Assembly (NCBI RefSeq): GCF_022539665.2
Contig: NC_081333.1
Span: 1,550,001-1,614,000 of the forward strand
Length of the DNA stretch: 64,000 bases
Direction: 5' to 3'
Source of the DNA: Daphnia carinata
Taxonomy: Eukaryota
Shown: positions 38,133 through 52,100 of the stretch, piece by piece
Position numbering within the stretch: the first letter of the stretch is position 1
Layout: every line of letters starts with the position of its first letter
Notes under the pieces: model-generated
The model's database searches: none
The model's input: the letters and a program-made list of their open reading frames with translations, nothing else
Told to the model about the DNA's origin: nothing
Translations under genes and position numbers: made by a program

Positions 38133-39560
38133 GTCGAGAACGATCCTTCAACTGATTTACTAAGGCTCACAATTTTTATTTTGGGTTGATGATATCGCTG
38201 ACACCGATAGACGCCAGGTATTTTCCAAGTCTTTTTCTTCAATCTGTTTCAAATAGACGAACGAAATCAGATATAAAATTTGTCTGCTCGATTACACAGA
38301 AGATGTAGAAGAACAATATGGAAACGTTTGTAAAGAAAGGGTGTAGAAACGGATTGATAAGAACTGGAATTGTTAATTGAAATTGATTTTCGAAGCACAC
38401 AAGAATAAAGGGCAAAGACAATCGCAATCCTTGCAATAGCGAATCGATTGTTTAAAAGACGACCTTTTATTTCGAATCTAGTGATTAAGACAACGACGTT
38501 GTGCACAGAGCTAAGGACTAAGGACAAAACGTGACGACAAAACAAATTTGATACAAAATTTCTCAGTAAAGGACGCTCGGCCAAATGGCCCCAATAAGCT
38601 GGGAACTGTTCCTCATGTTCCACAAACCGTTTAAAAAAGCTCAGACGAAGGCAAGAAAACGAGAACTGTTCCATTTTGGAAATGGCACGTGTGTAAAGCA
38701 AAAATGGTGCAGACAGGAAGAATGAGATGAGAAACGGTGGACAGCAAAAACTCACCTGGAATTTCAGAATGATCTAGAGAACAAATAATAAAAAAAAAAG
38801 GCAAAAGCAAAAAGGCGAGTCGAAACACTGTTCACTGTGGAGACCCTGGAACACCTGTCGCACACAATTCCGGATGGAAATAAAACACAAGCGCACACAC
38901 ACACACACAACGGGGCACTGTTAGGAACGAAACCCCAGCCGTTGGGGAGGTTGACCAACCGACACGAAACGAAGGAAACCTCGATAAAATATAAAAATGA
39001 AGTGTGTGTGTGTGTGTGCGTGGTGTATTCAACTATTCCAAAACCGTAATCAGCTGGTCAATTTTTTTTTTCTTTCTTCTTCTGCAATCACGTTCTGTCA
39101 ATCTTCTTTAATCAAATTCCCAGCATACACTTAGATTGACTGTGCAATAGTACTCCCGTTTGCAATGGCCACAAGAGGTTTTCAGTATCGAGAGTCCCTC
39201 ATCGCACTGGGTCCAAGTTGATCTGTGCTGTATTTGCTTGTCTCGACTGATAGCCAGAGGTCGCACGAAACGAACTATGGAAAACTGCACGCTCCGAAGT
39301 CTCAATGTTTTCAATAACGAGAACAAACTGGTGAGATTACATGAATGAGACGAAAGAATCAGATGATGACAGATAGATTGTGACGCAATGGAAAATGATC
39401 AGAATACAAAGCACACCACTTGAAACACACGTAAAAGAAAAAAACAAACACACACCGAGTAAGGGATAAATAAAACGAGCCAGCGATAAGGTTGTCGAGC
39501 CGAATCGGCCGGGATCCGCTGACGCACTGAACAAATCTAGGCGGACCGAGAAAATGGAGA

Positions 39561-39589
<29 letters not shown>
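39561..39589. repeat. (AG)n microsatellite upstream of GIPC
   Basis: agagagagagagagagagagaaagagaga; a GAGA-type tract in a promoter-like region. Confidence 0.7.
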
Positions 39590-39593
<4 letters not shown>

Positions 39594-42500
39594 CGAGACT
39601 AGGAAGGATGGGATAAAAAAGTACAACAACACCCAACACACGTAATTTTTCGGGCCAGCTGGGGCCTCCTCTTTATTCCGTTGCACGCACACGACTGCGC
39701 TACCTGCCGGGGGGAAGATGAGAACACGGAACGAAGGATTTTTTTTTTCGGGGCTTACTCACGCGCGTATTCAAAGCGAACAGAACGCGAATGAAATGAG
39801 AAAAGAGGGGACGAATAGAACGAAGAGAAAGAAAAAAAAAAGAAAACTAGAGGAAAGGGGAGGGCAGAATAGATGATGATGTGCAGAGGCGAGTCAGTCG
39901 ACCGGTAGACCATGACAGGTGGGCAGTGTGGCTAGCGACGAACGGTTAGTACTCGATTCACCTGCAGCCGCTCGCCCTTAACTCGTTTCATCAGCCCCTG
40001 CAGCATGGAATATTCTTTTCGAAAAATGCATACACACACACACAATCTCACGTCGGTTCTTTTAAATCGAATTTGTGCCAAAATCACATCCAATATCGCT
40101 TGTTACTGTCGGCTTTCATTTGAGAGGACATTACTGCGCATTGACTTGTGTATTATTCAGGTGACGATCGTTCGATTTCACGAACAGGAAATCATCAAGT
40201 CACGAATCATTCGCCAACAGGATTATCTACTCAAACGAGTTGGCGTTCGCAACCATAAAAACCCTTTGCCATTTCGCTTTAGTTGATGAACGATATTGTC
40301 TTTAAAATTACCCGCAATGCGATATTTCGTTTTCATTTCGAACTCGGCGTTGCCTCTACCATTTTAACGAGCATGTATCTAACAGCTACCATGTTTTTCA
40401 ATTTAATTCAATAAAAATCTCGACTAAAATGTCAGACAGCCTTCATTTCCCCTCTTGGTTCGTATACCTGCGTTACATCCCGCCGTTGCGTTGAAACGTT
40501 CCGCTCGACTGCTGGACCGCGCTGATAAAAACACAGAAGCAAAAAAATAAAACTAAAGAATTTACAAACAGACAACAAAAAGAAGATGAAAAGAAATCTT
40601 GTTCTAAGAAGACACGGTGCGAAATTGTTTGGCTTGGAGAGTTAGCGCTCTCTTCCAACCATTTTCCCACCGTTCCGGAATACACGACAAAACACCACTG
40701 AGTCCTTCTCTCCTTTATTATTTTAATACATATTTTTTTTTCCTACCCACGTCCGAGTGTTGCGCACGCTTCGCATGACTAAATGAAAAAATCAACCATT
40801 ATTTAAAAAAAAAATAAGAATTTATTTAAAACATTTTCGCGCTTCATTCAACAACCCACCCAAGAAGTAGGTCTCATAGCGCATCACACTTTCCCACTGC
40901 GTCACGACTTTTTGTTGATCACATTACCACCATTTCTACATCTCGTTATTACGTTTGACTGTGCTGGAATCTGTACACGTAAGCCCGTTACGTCCTCTCC
41001 CGTATTAGATGTTAAAGCACAATGACACGACGGCCGTCCGGCACCACCTGTTCCATTTGTGGGTTTGACGGTGGCCGTCGGTCGAGAGTGAACGTTTCCC
41101 ACACATCGACTAAAATAATAAGCGCAGCACTCAAAGCCAGGGTTGGCTGATTTTTTTTTCAACCCCTTCTGCTGGTACGTCCTCTTTTCTTTGTTGTTCA
41201 GAAAATTTAGAATACCAACGGCTGCAGAATTATTGATATTTCCTGTTAGACAAAAAATGGGGTCGACGTCTTTAACTGTTGCCTTCTGATGGACGCCTTC
41301 TTCTGACCTAACGTATCGAGATGAATGAAAAGAAGAAGGTTGTGCTAATCTATAAAAGGCTTTTTCAATTTATACATGTCGGATTAATTATTTATAATAG
41401 GTGGAAAAGACTAGCTTACAGAATGAATGGGGCAAGCACATTTCGTGTCAACCAATTAGACATGTTATGGTTGGGAAATAGTGAGACTATAAAAATGCCT
41501 GACACAGAAAACTGGCTTGAAATATATTGTGTATTTAATAGGCTATTTGGCGTTGGCGGAAAAATTTGCAAAACTCCAATCTGTTGGGTTGTTAAGCGTT
41601 CGGAGTTGTTTCTCTTTGTGGTTAGTCAACATGTTTGGCTCTAAAAGCGTTAATCTATTTTCTGCATACGACTTTCTTTTTGCACTGTTCGCCTGAAAAA
41701 ATTCTGTGCTAGTAACCGAGTAACAAAATCTGCACTCGTATTCCATTAAGCAAAAACTGTAACGCACGTGCACAGCAGATAATTATGTACAGAATTTGTA
41801 AGTATTCCAGGAAAAACGGTATTCAGTATGTACATGAAACAATGAGATCAACGCTAGACAGCATATAACTGTTTTACACCATTTAAATTATTGTTGGGGA
41901 ATCCGGAAGCAAACACGAGAAAGGACAGCCCAAAGATCGTTGTGTAATGGCTGGAATGCCAAGAAATCCTTGTTCCACGTCCATAAATCACAAACTACGT
42001 ATTTTTACGACTCTGTTCTATTTGTGAACTCAGGAATAGAACGAAACTAAACGACATGTTCATCTTTGAAATTGTCGAATCGTTTGTGATATTTCTTGGT
42101 GTAACTGCGTTGCTTATTCGTTTCCGGAATAGGAGAGGAAATGGACTAAACTTCATGGTGCAGCAGAAGTAATGGCAAGAATAAACGAGAAAGAAACGTT
42201 TACAATTGCTTTCTCACTGTAACATTTCTCCGGAAACCTTTAAAAGCAGGAGGAATGTTCCACTCACTGGAACGTTCATTCAGTTCCTTGCTTCGTTGAG
42301 ATATCTGTTGGTTGTGTGGGTTTGTTCACCTTCGTGCTTTTCAAGCATGTGAGGTAATAGCATGTCTAACGAGATCGATTATAAAGAGACTTCATGGGAA
42401 CATCATCGCGTTGTTCCTATTGTACAACTAACACATTATGAGATGTGGTAAACACGGCTCAAAAAAGGCTGTGGGCCGAACGGACGGTATACCATTTCAC

Positions 42501-43001
42501 GTACTGTTTATATTACACGTATTGTTTATAGAACTCAAAAAATTTATAGAAATCAAAAAGGTATCGGAGAGGGTCACATAGCTCGATGATTATATGCCAG
42601 CACCTAGTGGCCATGGGGAGGCTTACGAACAACCTACATTTGCGATCACCTCTTCTCTACCTGTGTGGACCGATCTTCAACATGTAGTGAACGGTACTAC
42701 AGACCGATTTGAAACGTCTGTATACGTGTCATGTGTGTGTGTGTATTTTTTTTTTTAAGTGTGCCATTTTAGCCCCTTTGTAGTAGGCATGGCTCTTTTC
42801 ATTTTCTTTCTTGCCACTTCTTTCTTGGTTGTTCTTCATCTTCATCTTCATTTTCCTTCTTCTTCTTTCTTTGAAGGCATGATGTGTAGATGATGTCAGA
42901 AGCAATGAAGATGTAGAATCTTGCGAATCCGATGTGGTGAAGAATCTTGAATGATGAATTGGAGGGAGTGGAGGGCATGGAGGAAGGGAGGGAGTGGAAG
43001 T

Positions 43002-43073
43002 TGGAGGTGGTGCGAATCGAACCCGGGTCTTCAGATTACAAGGGAGTGGCGCTAACCACTGTGCCAGGACCGC
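43002..43073 (-). pseudogene. tRNA-derived element (Thr-TGT-like loop) with Pol III A and B boxes but decayed stems
   Basis: Minus strand reads GCGGTCC TGGCACAGTGG TTAGCGCC ACTCC CTTGTAA TCTGA AGACCCGG GTTCGATTC GCACCACC. A box, B box and the anticodon loop CTTGTAA are correctly spaced. Acceptor and anticodon stems do not pair. Confidence 0.6.
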
Positions 43074-43147
43074 ACATCCAAATCAAAACAATCTTTGTTG
43101 GTCACCTGTTCAGGTAGCTATAGCTTCTATAATGCATATCGGGTACC

Positions 43148-43218
43148 TAATGTGTAGCGCAGTGGTATAGCTTAGGGCTCCCATTCCTTTTTACTCACGT
43201 TCGATTCGTTTGGATTTT
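43148..43218 (+). pseudogene. tRNA-derived element (Gly-CCC-like loop) with A and B boxes and an internal T5 run
   Basis: TAGCGCAGTGGTATAGC T TAGGG CTCCCAT TCCTT TTTACTCAC GTTCGATTCGT. The anticodon stem (AGGG/TCCT) and T stem (ACG/CGT) pair partially; the acceptor stem is lost. Confidence 0.55.
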
Positions 43219-46162
43219 ATTTTTTTTTTACGTGGTAATTAATGTAAATGCTTAACCCAGCAAATGTGCTCTCGAATTATTGTTTTTTGCTTTAACCCAT
43301 CGATATTTATCTGTTTTTTTAATATATATTTTTTATTTCACAATTTGTAGAAGTTGCCAATTTTCTAGATAATGAATACAACAGCGCATTCAAACCTGGG
43401 GGGAAGGGGGATCAAAAATCCATGATGGCCGCTGCTTAGTGTTTACCCCGCCTTTTTTCTATCCTTTTTTTTCTTTTGTTCACCGCTGCAATTTTTGTTC
43501 GCGGTAAATGTTATTGCAACGGCATAAACTTTTGGGAAGCGTGAAGGGAGGGGGTAGAAAACAACCCTTTACGAAAATAAAAGTGGTACAAAATTTTTCG
43601 CGCCATTTGCAGGGGGTCCGATATCAGTTCGATTACTGGCTCCCTAGAAGACACACGCAGTGTAAAAAGAGTTCAACATGGCCGATTTCAGCATCGACGG
43701 TTTTATTAATTGGAATAAGTTTGCACAGTATGTATGAAGTCTAACAGATATTGAGAATTAAAGAATCAAGCTTTTGAATTGTAACAAATTCGTTTCGTTT
43801 GTTCATACCGAGGACGACGATGGACTGTTGGCACGTAACATTTAGTTACGGATAGTTTGTTCGTCTAGAAATAGCTAGCCAATTAACAGCTGTGCAGAAT
43901 ATGTCCTTACGATTTTGACATTCAACGCAGCACAATGACGTCGTGCATAGTTTAATGTAAAAAAAAAAAAAAAAATATCTTTTGTATTACATACTGGCTG
44001 TGGTACCATGGCCACAGCTTAGACAGTATAACTAGAGCACGTAATTGTTTAAGAATCAATTACAGTCAAATTGAATAATCATAACAGTTTTTTTTCTTTA
44101 ATCTTACGTTTCTAGAACCATTGCAATGGAGTTTAAGCATTCGGTCATGTTGGCATTGGAGCAAACAAAGTGAAGGGAGTCTGCTCGAACACGTGAATGT
44201 CCTAACGTAATTCGTACCTGAATCAGCATCGTTCAGCTAGTCACAGGCTGGCCATTTTCACGTGATGATGCAACTGAAGCTAAAACAGTCCAGGAGGATC
44301 GTTAGAGTACGCGCCGGAATTAAGGTCAGTGCAGAAATCGTAAATATCTAACTGGGTAACTGGGGGCCATAACTTAATTCCTAAGAGGTAAATTCCAAAT
44401 TGCAGTAATGGGCAAAAGAAATCTAAGTTAAAGAGTCATGTGGATCGCAACAACTCACCAGGTCTAAAAATTGAGAACGTTACGTTGAATGTCCTCCACT
44501 GGCAGGATGGTGGGGTAAAACTCGTTAGTTATTCGTATGTGTCCACGCATGTTAGAATTTGTCAATCCATTGAGATTAAACAAAAAAAAAAGGGTGGTAA
44601 CTATCGATTGATTCTTCCGGAACGTTTGGCTTTGTTATTCTGAAAATCGTAAACGCGTGAATGCTGATGACACAAATTGTTGCACAGGCTTTGTTATTCT
44701 TGAGGTTTTTCCTATAGAAAGGTCCTGGAAGAGTAAAGTAAACAAATCCCACCGTCTTTTCAATTGCCTTTTCCGGTTTGTAACGTTATTGTATTTTTTT
44801 TTTTTTTTTGTTATGCCAAAAAGTATGGAAGCATAACAAACTGGAAAAGGAATGAAGTCATCACGAACTAAAAAGATCATAACAGTCATCAAACTAATTA
44901 GGCAAACAATGGGGGGTCCCAAACGCTAACGGCTACTTGGAATGACAGTTGAAAGTTATTATGGGACAGTGACTGTCCCTGGTCATCATTTCTCATTTTG
45001 TCGTTACAGATGAGCAACAACACAAAGAAAGAAATTAACAAATCAATTCTAGATAGCTCTCTTCCTCTCTTAGTTGAATTTCTAAAATCTCTATTGGGGT
45101 CTATGATTGGTAAAAACACGACGCTTTGATTGGCCTCCACTGACGCGTCTCCTCCCTTAAAAAAAACATCAAGAGAGTTAACCTAAAAAGATGAATATGT
45201 TAACGGTTGTCCCGACCAGTCATTTGCCGCTCCGAGTAAACCAACCTACACTATAAATAGGACTTAACGCGTACACCTCTGTCTTGGTTCCTTTTCTTTT
45301 TTTGTTCGATTTTTCCCGGATCTATTTTCTAACGTCTCTACTAAACTGTGTAGGAAAACAAAGAACAACTATTACTACAAATCTCATAGCCATGTTCCAT
45401 GACAAGCATTTTATTCAATTCGTGTTACCAAAAAAAAAAAAAGAGTTCTATTTTTTATTTTAAATATTTGGTTCGCTTCTTGTTTTCCTATTAGGGAGTA
45501 CAGAACCCGGAAGGTCGGCGGTCCGTCGCATCTTTGCGTCTCGAATCCCTCCCGTTTCGTCGGGTGGCGTGTCGAGTGGGATAAATCTGTTTTGGTGAGA
45601 TATAGTGTTTTTAAGTTCCGCCTCCATCCCGGATGAATGTCCCGGCAGGGCCGTGAGTAAGCATCCGATTTTGTTGTCTCGAGATGGCGCTAGTAACACA
45701 CCCCCACCATTGAAGGATTTCGTTTTTAGAAGAAAAAAAAAAAGGGCGAAATCCAGCATCCTCGTCGAACGCTTCTGTGGCCGCCTGCTCATCAGTCCAG
45801 TGAGTCTGGCGGCCGTGGTTAAACTCACCGGCTCTTCTTCTGCTTTTTCCTCCCTTTTTCCTCTTTTTTTTTTAAATTTTTTTAACTCTACATCTCCCAT
45901 CCGTCCACCAAGCCGCCAGCAAGGACTACGCAATCTCCTTCTTTCCTGTTGACTTCTGTTACTGGCCTACGACCAATAGCTCTAGTAGAACAGGAAGAAG
46001 AAGAATTTGAAGAAAAAAAAGGAAATTGGAAAGTGTCGTGCGTCATCGATGTTTAGATTTTCGTTGATCGAGTAAAGAAGCTCTGGCAAGATATCGCATA
46101 GATTCATCATCGCAAAACATCATCTGTAGAAACTAGAAACTTTGAAAAGTTCAAAATCCAAA

Positions 46163-49100
46163 ATGAAAGTGACGTGGTGTTGGTTAGTGTGCTTAGTGGC
46201 GGTCGTCCATCAAGTCTCATCGGCCGCCGATAAGAAGAAGGCCGGCAAATCAGGGCCGGCGGGCGATGACGATGAAAAAGTGGAAGCCGTGATCGAGGAC
46301 GTCAATGCCAAACAACTGGAAAGATTGCTGGAAGAGAAGGACTACGTCGCAGTCTATTGGTGTAAGTATTTGTTTCATTTTCTTCCGCAAGTCGGCTGCA
46401 TTGCGTTCCAGATTCTTTTGCCATTTATTGTACATGCCAGATTCACATTATATTAGGGCATGAAAGCATCTCCATAATCACGTCTGTATCCTCCCTTGTG
46501 ATTTTTTTTTTCTCTCTCCCCTCTTTCTCGCGATGAAAGAGGATATTCCGGATGTATTTTTAGAGCGAACGCGGCTCCGTACACTGTGGCCGGCGCTATT
46601 CTTATTCTCCCGTTTTTCTCTATCCCTTTCTGCCCACCCCTGATAAAGTTCTGTTTGCCTACTTTGCCTTCTGACGTACGATGGCGTTTGACCGTTTGCT
46701 ATAGTCTATACTACTTCCCTTATAGCCAAGCTCGTGGTACAGTTTCCAGCAGACTTTATCCGCCTGCTCAAGAGCATTGGCGGCTTTGCGCCCACTCGAA
46801 ATTTTAACAACCCCCAAAATGGTCTGGCTCTTTGTCTTCACACGTGTTCCATGCGTGAAACAAACATAGCCACACTTTGTAAAAGTAGGCAACCGTTTTA
46901 GGGCTAAACAAGTCGAGCGCGGCCCTACCGCATTTCACCTGATTCAAAATTTTAAAAAGCCCAGGATGAAAATAGAACAATCGTAATTAAAAACACCTTG
47001 TTGTTGTTTTGCTCGTATCCGCATGTTCAGGATGTTTATAAAGTGTTGTTCGATGACAAACGGATAAACACGGATGTAAACAAATGGCTAAAACGTTACA
47101 TAAGTCAATCATTTACGCTTAAAATGAGTTCTCATCCATCATCGCTGTTCATCCGACTAGAACAAGTGGCCCCCCAAGGGCTTTAACTCCTACGAAGAGT
47201 CCGTGAGGTCACGTAAAAAACGGCCTCTTACGTCACTGCTAATCCCACACACGATGCTGTTCAGGGAAATTTCTAGGTTCGAGATAGACCCTGGAGAAAA
47301 AAAATTAAACAGGAGGAAAAAAACATAAAACAAAAACACAACAAAACTGTAGTGAAACAGAGCCGGGCACAGCGCACGGGGGACTTTTAAAAATATCGCT
47401 TCTATTCTCGGAGAACCGATTCCCACCACCCATTTGCCAACTCACCTCTCTTCTGCCCCCCCCCCCCCCCCCCCATCTCTGTTTCGGCGAATTGTAATCC
47501 ACTTTCGTTGCATTTTGCATATGAAGAAAAGAATGATTATGCTGGAAAGAAAAAAGAATAATTTTGAAAAAATATTATTAAAAATTAAATGAATGATGTC
47601 TGTAAAAAAAATTGATTAGTTTTGTTTTTTGAACAGATGGACGGAACTGCCGGCAATGCGACAAGGTCTTACACGAACTGGAGAACATTGACGATGAAAC
47701 AGATCATTTTGGTACGTTATGAAATCAATTCAAACGTGAGATTAATTTTTTTTAAATACATCGTCACATCCTCAGGAGTCCATTTTGTGAAAATCAACGA
47801 CAAGAAACTCTCCAAACAATACAATGTAAAAACCTATCCGGCCTTGACGTATTTCCGCAACAAGGAACCCATCGCCTATGAAGGTATGTCTGACATTGTG
47901 CCCTAACTATTACGCATCAATCAACAATTATCTTTCTCAATAGGCGATCTCCTGGATGAGGAACAAGTTTTGGAATTCTTGACCAGTCTGGAAGCCATGG
48001 AGCTGCCTGATCAGATCGAAGAAGTCAACGCCAAAATCCTGGAGAAGATCGTCGCCGATACGGGCTACGTCGCCGTTCTATTCTGTAAATAACCTCTACA
48101 CATACATAGTTACGTTGCAAAGTGAAACCGCGGGCCAAATAACTAAAACGCTCCCCCCCCCCTTTTTTTTTTCTCCCCTCAGCTTGTTGTTGTTTTTATT
48201 TGTAACAATTCTCTTTTTGTTGCATTCAATCATTGCCAGATCGTCCACAATGTAAAAAGAGCGAAAAAGTTCTACGCGAGTTGGAGAACATCGACGATGA
48301 AGCCGATCAGCTGGGCATTGCCTTTGTTAAAATCGCTGACGAAGAGCTCGCTGAAGAGTACAGCCTAGCATCTCTACCTACTTTGGTATACTATCGCAAC
48401 AGCATACCTGTCATCTACGAAGGTAAGCCCCTAACGATCATGATTCGAAACGACATTTTATGTAAATTGATGTGCATTATAGGGGATTTGATGCGAGAAG
48501 AAGACGTCCTCGAATGGCTCGTTCAAAATAAAAATACTGCTAGTGAGGAGGAAGACATGATCGAAGACGTGACAGCTAAAACATTGGAGACTCTAACTAG
48601 CACAGCTCAACACCTGGCTGTCCTTTTCTGTGAGTTTTCTATTTTAATGTTCCAGCGGCTTTTATTTTTTAATGACGTGCACACGGCTCATATAGTTTTA
48701 CGCACTGCCAATTTCTCTGTTTATATATCACTGACTCTATCCCTGAACACGTATCGAAGCGGATGGCGTTGGTTTGGTCAATCAACTGCTCCAACGTGAG
48801 TCAGCCATGTTTTGACAGTTGCGCTGCGTTCCGCGAGCTATCAACAGCTCCCCCTTTTTTTTTTGCCAGCACTATCGATCAATTAACTTTGATGACACGT
48901 GAATTTCACTGTCATTTATCGTGTCTCTAATTTCATATCTGATTTGGCAATTGGATATTCGTTAGACGATCACGACGATGAAGAATCGCAGCGGATCTTG
49001 ACTGAACTGGAGAATATCGACGACGAATGCGACCAGAAAGGAATCTCTTTCGTCAAGATCGACGACGATCATGTGGCCAGGGAATACGGCGTTGATCACC

Positions 49101-52100
49101 TCCCGACTCTCGTCTACTTTGAGAACAAAATCCCCAGTCTCTACCATGGCGATTTGGCTAACGAGGAACAGGTGCTCGGCTGGCTCGTCGACCAGCTGGC
49201 CTCCGACATGATTGAAGACATCACCGACGAGATGCTCGACAAGCTCATCAAGAAAACATCGCATCTGGCCGTCCTTTTCTGTAAGTCAATAAACCACAAC
49301 ATTTACAGAAACCGTAGACCTACCACGATGAGTTTGTTTTCGATGCCCAATCACGAAAACATCAACATTAGAAAAAAGAAGCAACGTCTTATCGATTAGG
49401 CTTTTTTGCCGACGCGGCCACATAGTTGCGCTGTCCAACAGTAATTTTAAAATCCTAAAGGTTTTTTAAGAATGACTCGTCTAGCTGGACGTCAGAGACG
49501 TCGGACCGAAATAGCTCCCTCTTCACCCGTTGCAATTCCATAGGAGTTTCTAGAAAATGCTTTTGCCTTCTTCACCTATCCCCGACTTGAACTTGTTTTC
49601 ATCCGCCAATTCTTACGGACTGACTACGAACCGTAGATAAAAAAAAAATTGGAACAGCGCTTCTTTTGCCTTTGTACTTGTAGACAAGAATTGATATCGG
49701 TCAAAAGAAGAATGTCCCCGACATTCTCTCCGTGTGACTTATCTTTTGAAAATCAACCTAGCCGGCCCTGCGAATAACTTTCGCCATGAGGGGCCATATG
49801 CCGCTATCCCTTTTCTATATGTATTAATAGATACCGGCGTGCGAGAGGCGTCGCGTAAGAAAGTCGTTTGTCCAGCTTCAGTTTTTCTTTGCAATGGAAC
49901 ACGGATTGTTCAACGAAGTTTGCAAATCTCTAAAGTTTGGCTAATGCAATTGGTGATGGGCTCCAGGCATCAATCTGGAACAATAGAAAGAGCCGGGACT
50001 GTTATCGTGTAGATTACAACTGGAATTGTTGCTGTGTTGGGTTGATTCATATTTTTTTTTTCTTTTGGCAGACGATAAGGACGACAGCAAGTCAACTGCA
50101 GTCGTCACCGAACTGGAGAACATCGATGACGAATGCGACCAAAAGGTGAATAGAACTTACGTTATCTAATACTGCGCGAAACTACGTTCCATCGTTTCAT
50201 TCTTTCGCGATGACAGGGAATCTCTTTCGTCAAGATCAGCAACCCAGAAGAAGCAAAAGAATACGGCATCGATGATGTACCTAGCCTTATTTATTTCGAG
50301 AATGGCATCCCTTCAATTTATGAAGGTTGTTTCCTTCAATTTGTAAAAATTTGCCTATGGGATCATAGATTTGTTTTTGAATGATTAGGTGATTTGAAGA
50401 ATGAAGAACAAGTTTTAGATTGGCTCATCCACCAAGTGGAGAGTGACGAGATCGAAGACGTCACCGACGAGATGTTGGACATGTTAATCAAACGATCCAA
50501 ACACTTGGCCGTCCTTTTTTGTAATACCCAATGTCACAAATGTTTCTTTTCGCTAATGCGAACCCTTTTCATTGAATTGTTTAGACGATAAAGATGCAAA
50601 AGCCAGCGTTGATACTCTTGCAGAATTAGAAAACATTGATGACGAATGTGACCAAAAGGCAAGGATAAAAACATTTTAAATTCGTTTTTACCAGCTATTA
50701 ATTTGTTATTGTTTCTTAATTAAAAAACAGGGCATTGTTTTCGTCAAGATCGACAATGATGCTGAAGCCAAAGAGTATGGCATTGACCATCTGCCTAGCT
50801 TGGTTTACTTCGAGAACACCATCCCTAGTCTCTTTATCGGTTGGTTGATTTAATTTCCTCTATGGATTATCATCTGGCATTTTAAAAATTTGATTATTTA
50901 TCGTGACAGGTGATCTGAAGAATGAGGAGAGCGTATTGGATTGGTTGACCCACCAAGTAGAGAGCGACGAAATTGAAGACGTTACCGACGAGATGCTGGA
51001 CATGCTCATCGAAAAATCGCCTAGTTTGGCCGCTTTCTTCTGTAACATTTCTCTTTTCCTAATTTTGGAAAAAAGCACTGATTTTGATATTGCTGTAGAC
51101 GATAAAAACAAGCCCGCACATTTAGCTGTGCTCAAGGAGCTGGAGAATATTGACGACGAGTGCGACAGCAACGATATCGCTTTTGTCAAGATTAGCAATC
51201 TGGATGAGGCTAAAGAATACGGTCTCGATGCACTACCAGCGCTCGTTTATTTTGAAAACAGAATTCCAAGCGTTTACGAAGGTGCATTGCTCTCACTGTG
51301 TTTTTAAATACAACTTTAATTGTTCTTCATCATTATAGGTAACCTGGGCGAGGAGGAACAGGTACTCACTTGGCTCGTGGAACAGAAGAACAGTGACACC
51401 ATCGAAGAATTGACCGATGAGCTGTTGGAGAATATCATCAAGACCAACGAATACGTCGTCGTTTATTTCAGTTAGCACCTCGACACGTTGCATCAAAGAA
51501 TTACGTCATCGACTTCATTGGGTTTCAATTGCAGGTGGGCCGTGTGAGGAGGGCCAAAAGTGTGATTCAATTCTCGATCAATTGGAGGAGATTGATGACG
51601 AAGCTGATGAACACGGTATCCACCTCGTCACAACCGAGGAAGTCGAACTGGCCAAGAGATATGGAATCAAAACTTTCCCAACGTTAGCTTTCTTCCGTAA
51701 TCAAGATCCTCTGATCTACAAAGGTAAACGAAAAATTCATGATACACCTGGTTTTAGTTTTTCTACAGTTATTTTTTTTTTTTTTTTTTACCCGAACAGG
51801 TGACATTAGTGACGAGAAGAAAGTATTGGCTTGGTTCACCGATCAAGGCAACCTCGAATTGGCTGACCAAATTGAAGAAGTTAATGAGAAAATGCTCAAA
51901 AAGCTAATTGGTTCATCAGCTCATGTCGTTGCGTTCTTCTGTAATCACATTTCATTATAATGTGGAATAGCCTGGACGTTAACGATAATGTTCTTTTCCT
52001 AGACGAAGAGAAAAATAAGGAAGCAGTAGCCATTCTCAAGGAACTCGAGAACATTGACGATGAATGCGACGCACTCAATGTGGATTTTGTTAAGATATCT

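Noticed and set aside
43002..43218. Functional tRNA genes
   Set aside because: Acceptor stems do not pair, one anticodon stem is unpaired and the other copy has an internal T5 Pol III terminator; reported as tRNA-derived pseudogenes instead.
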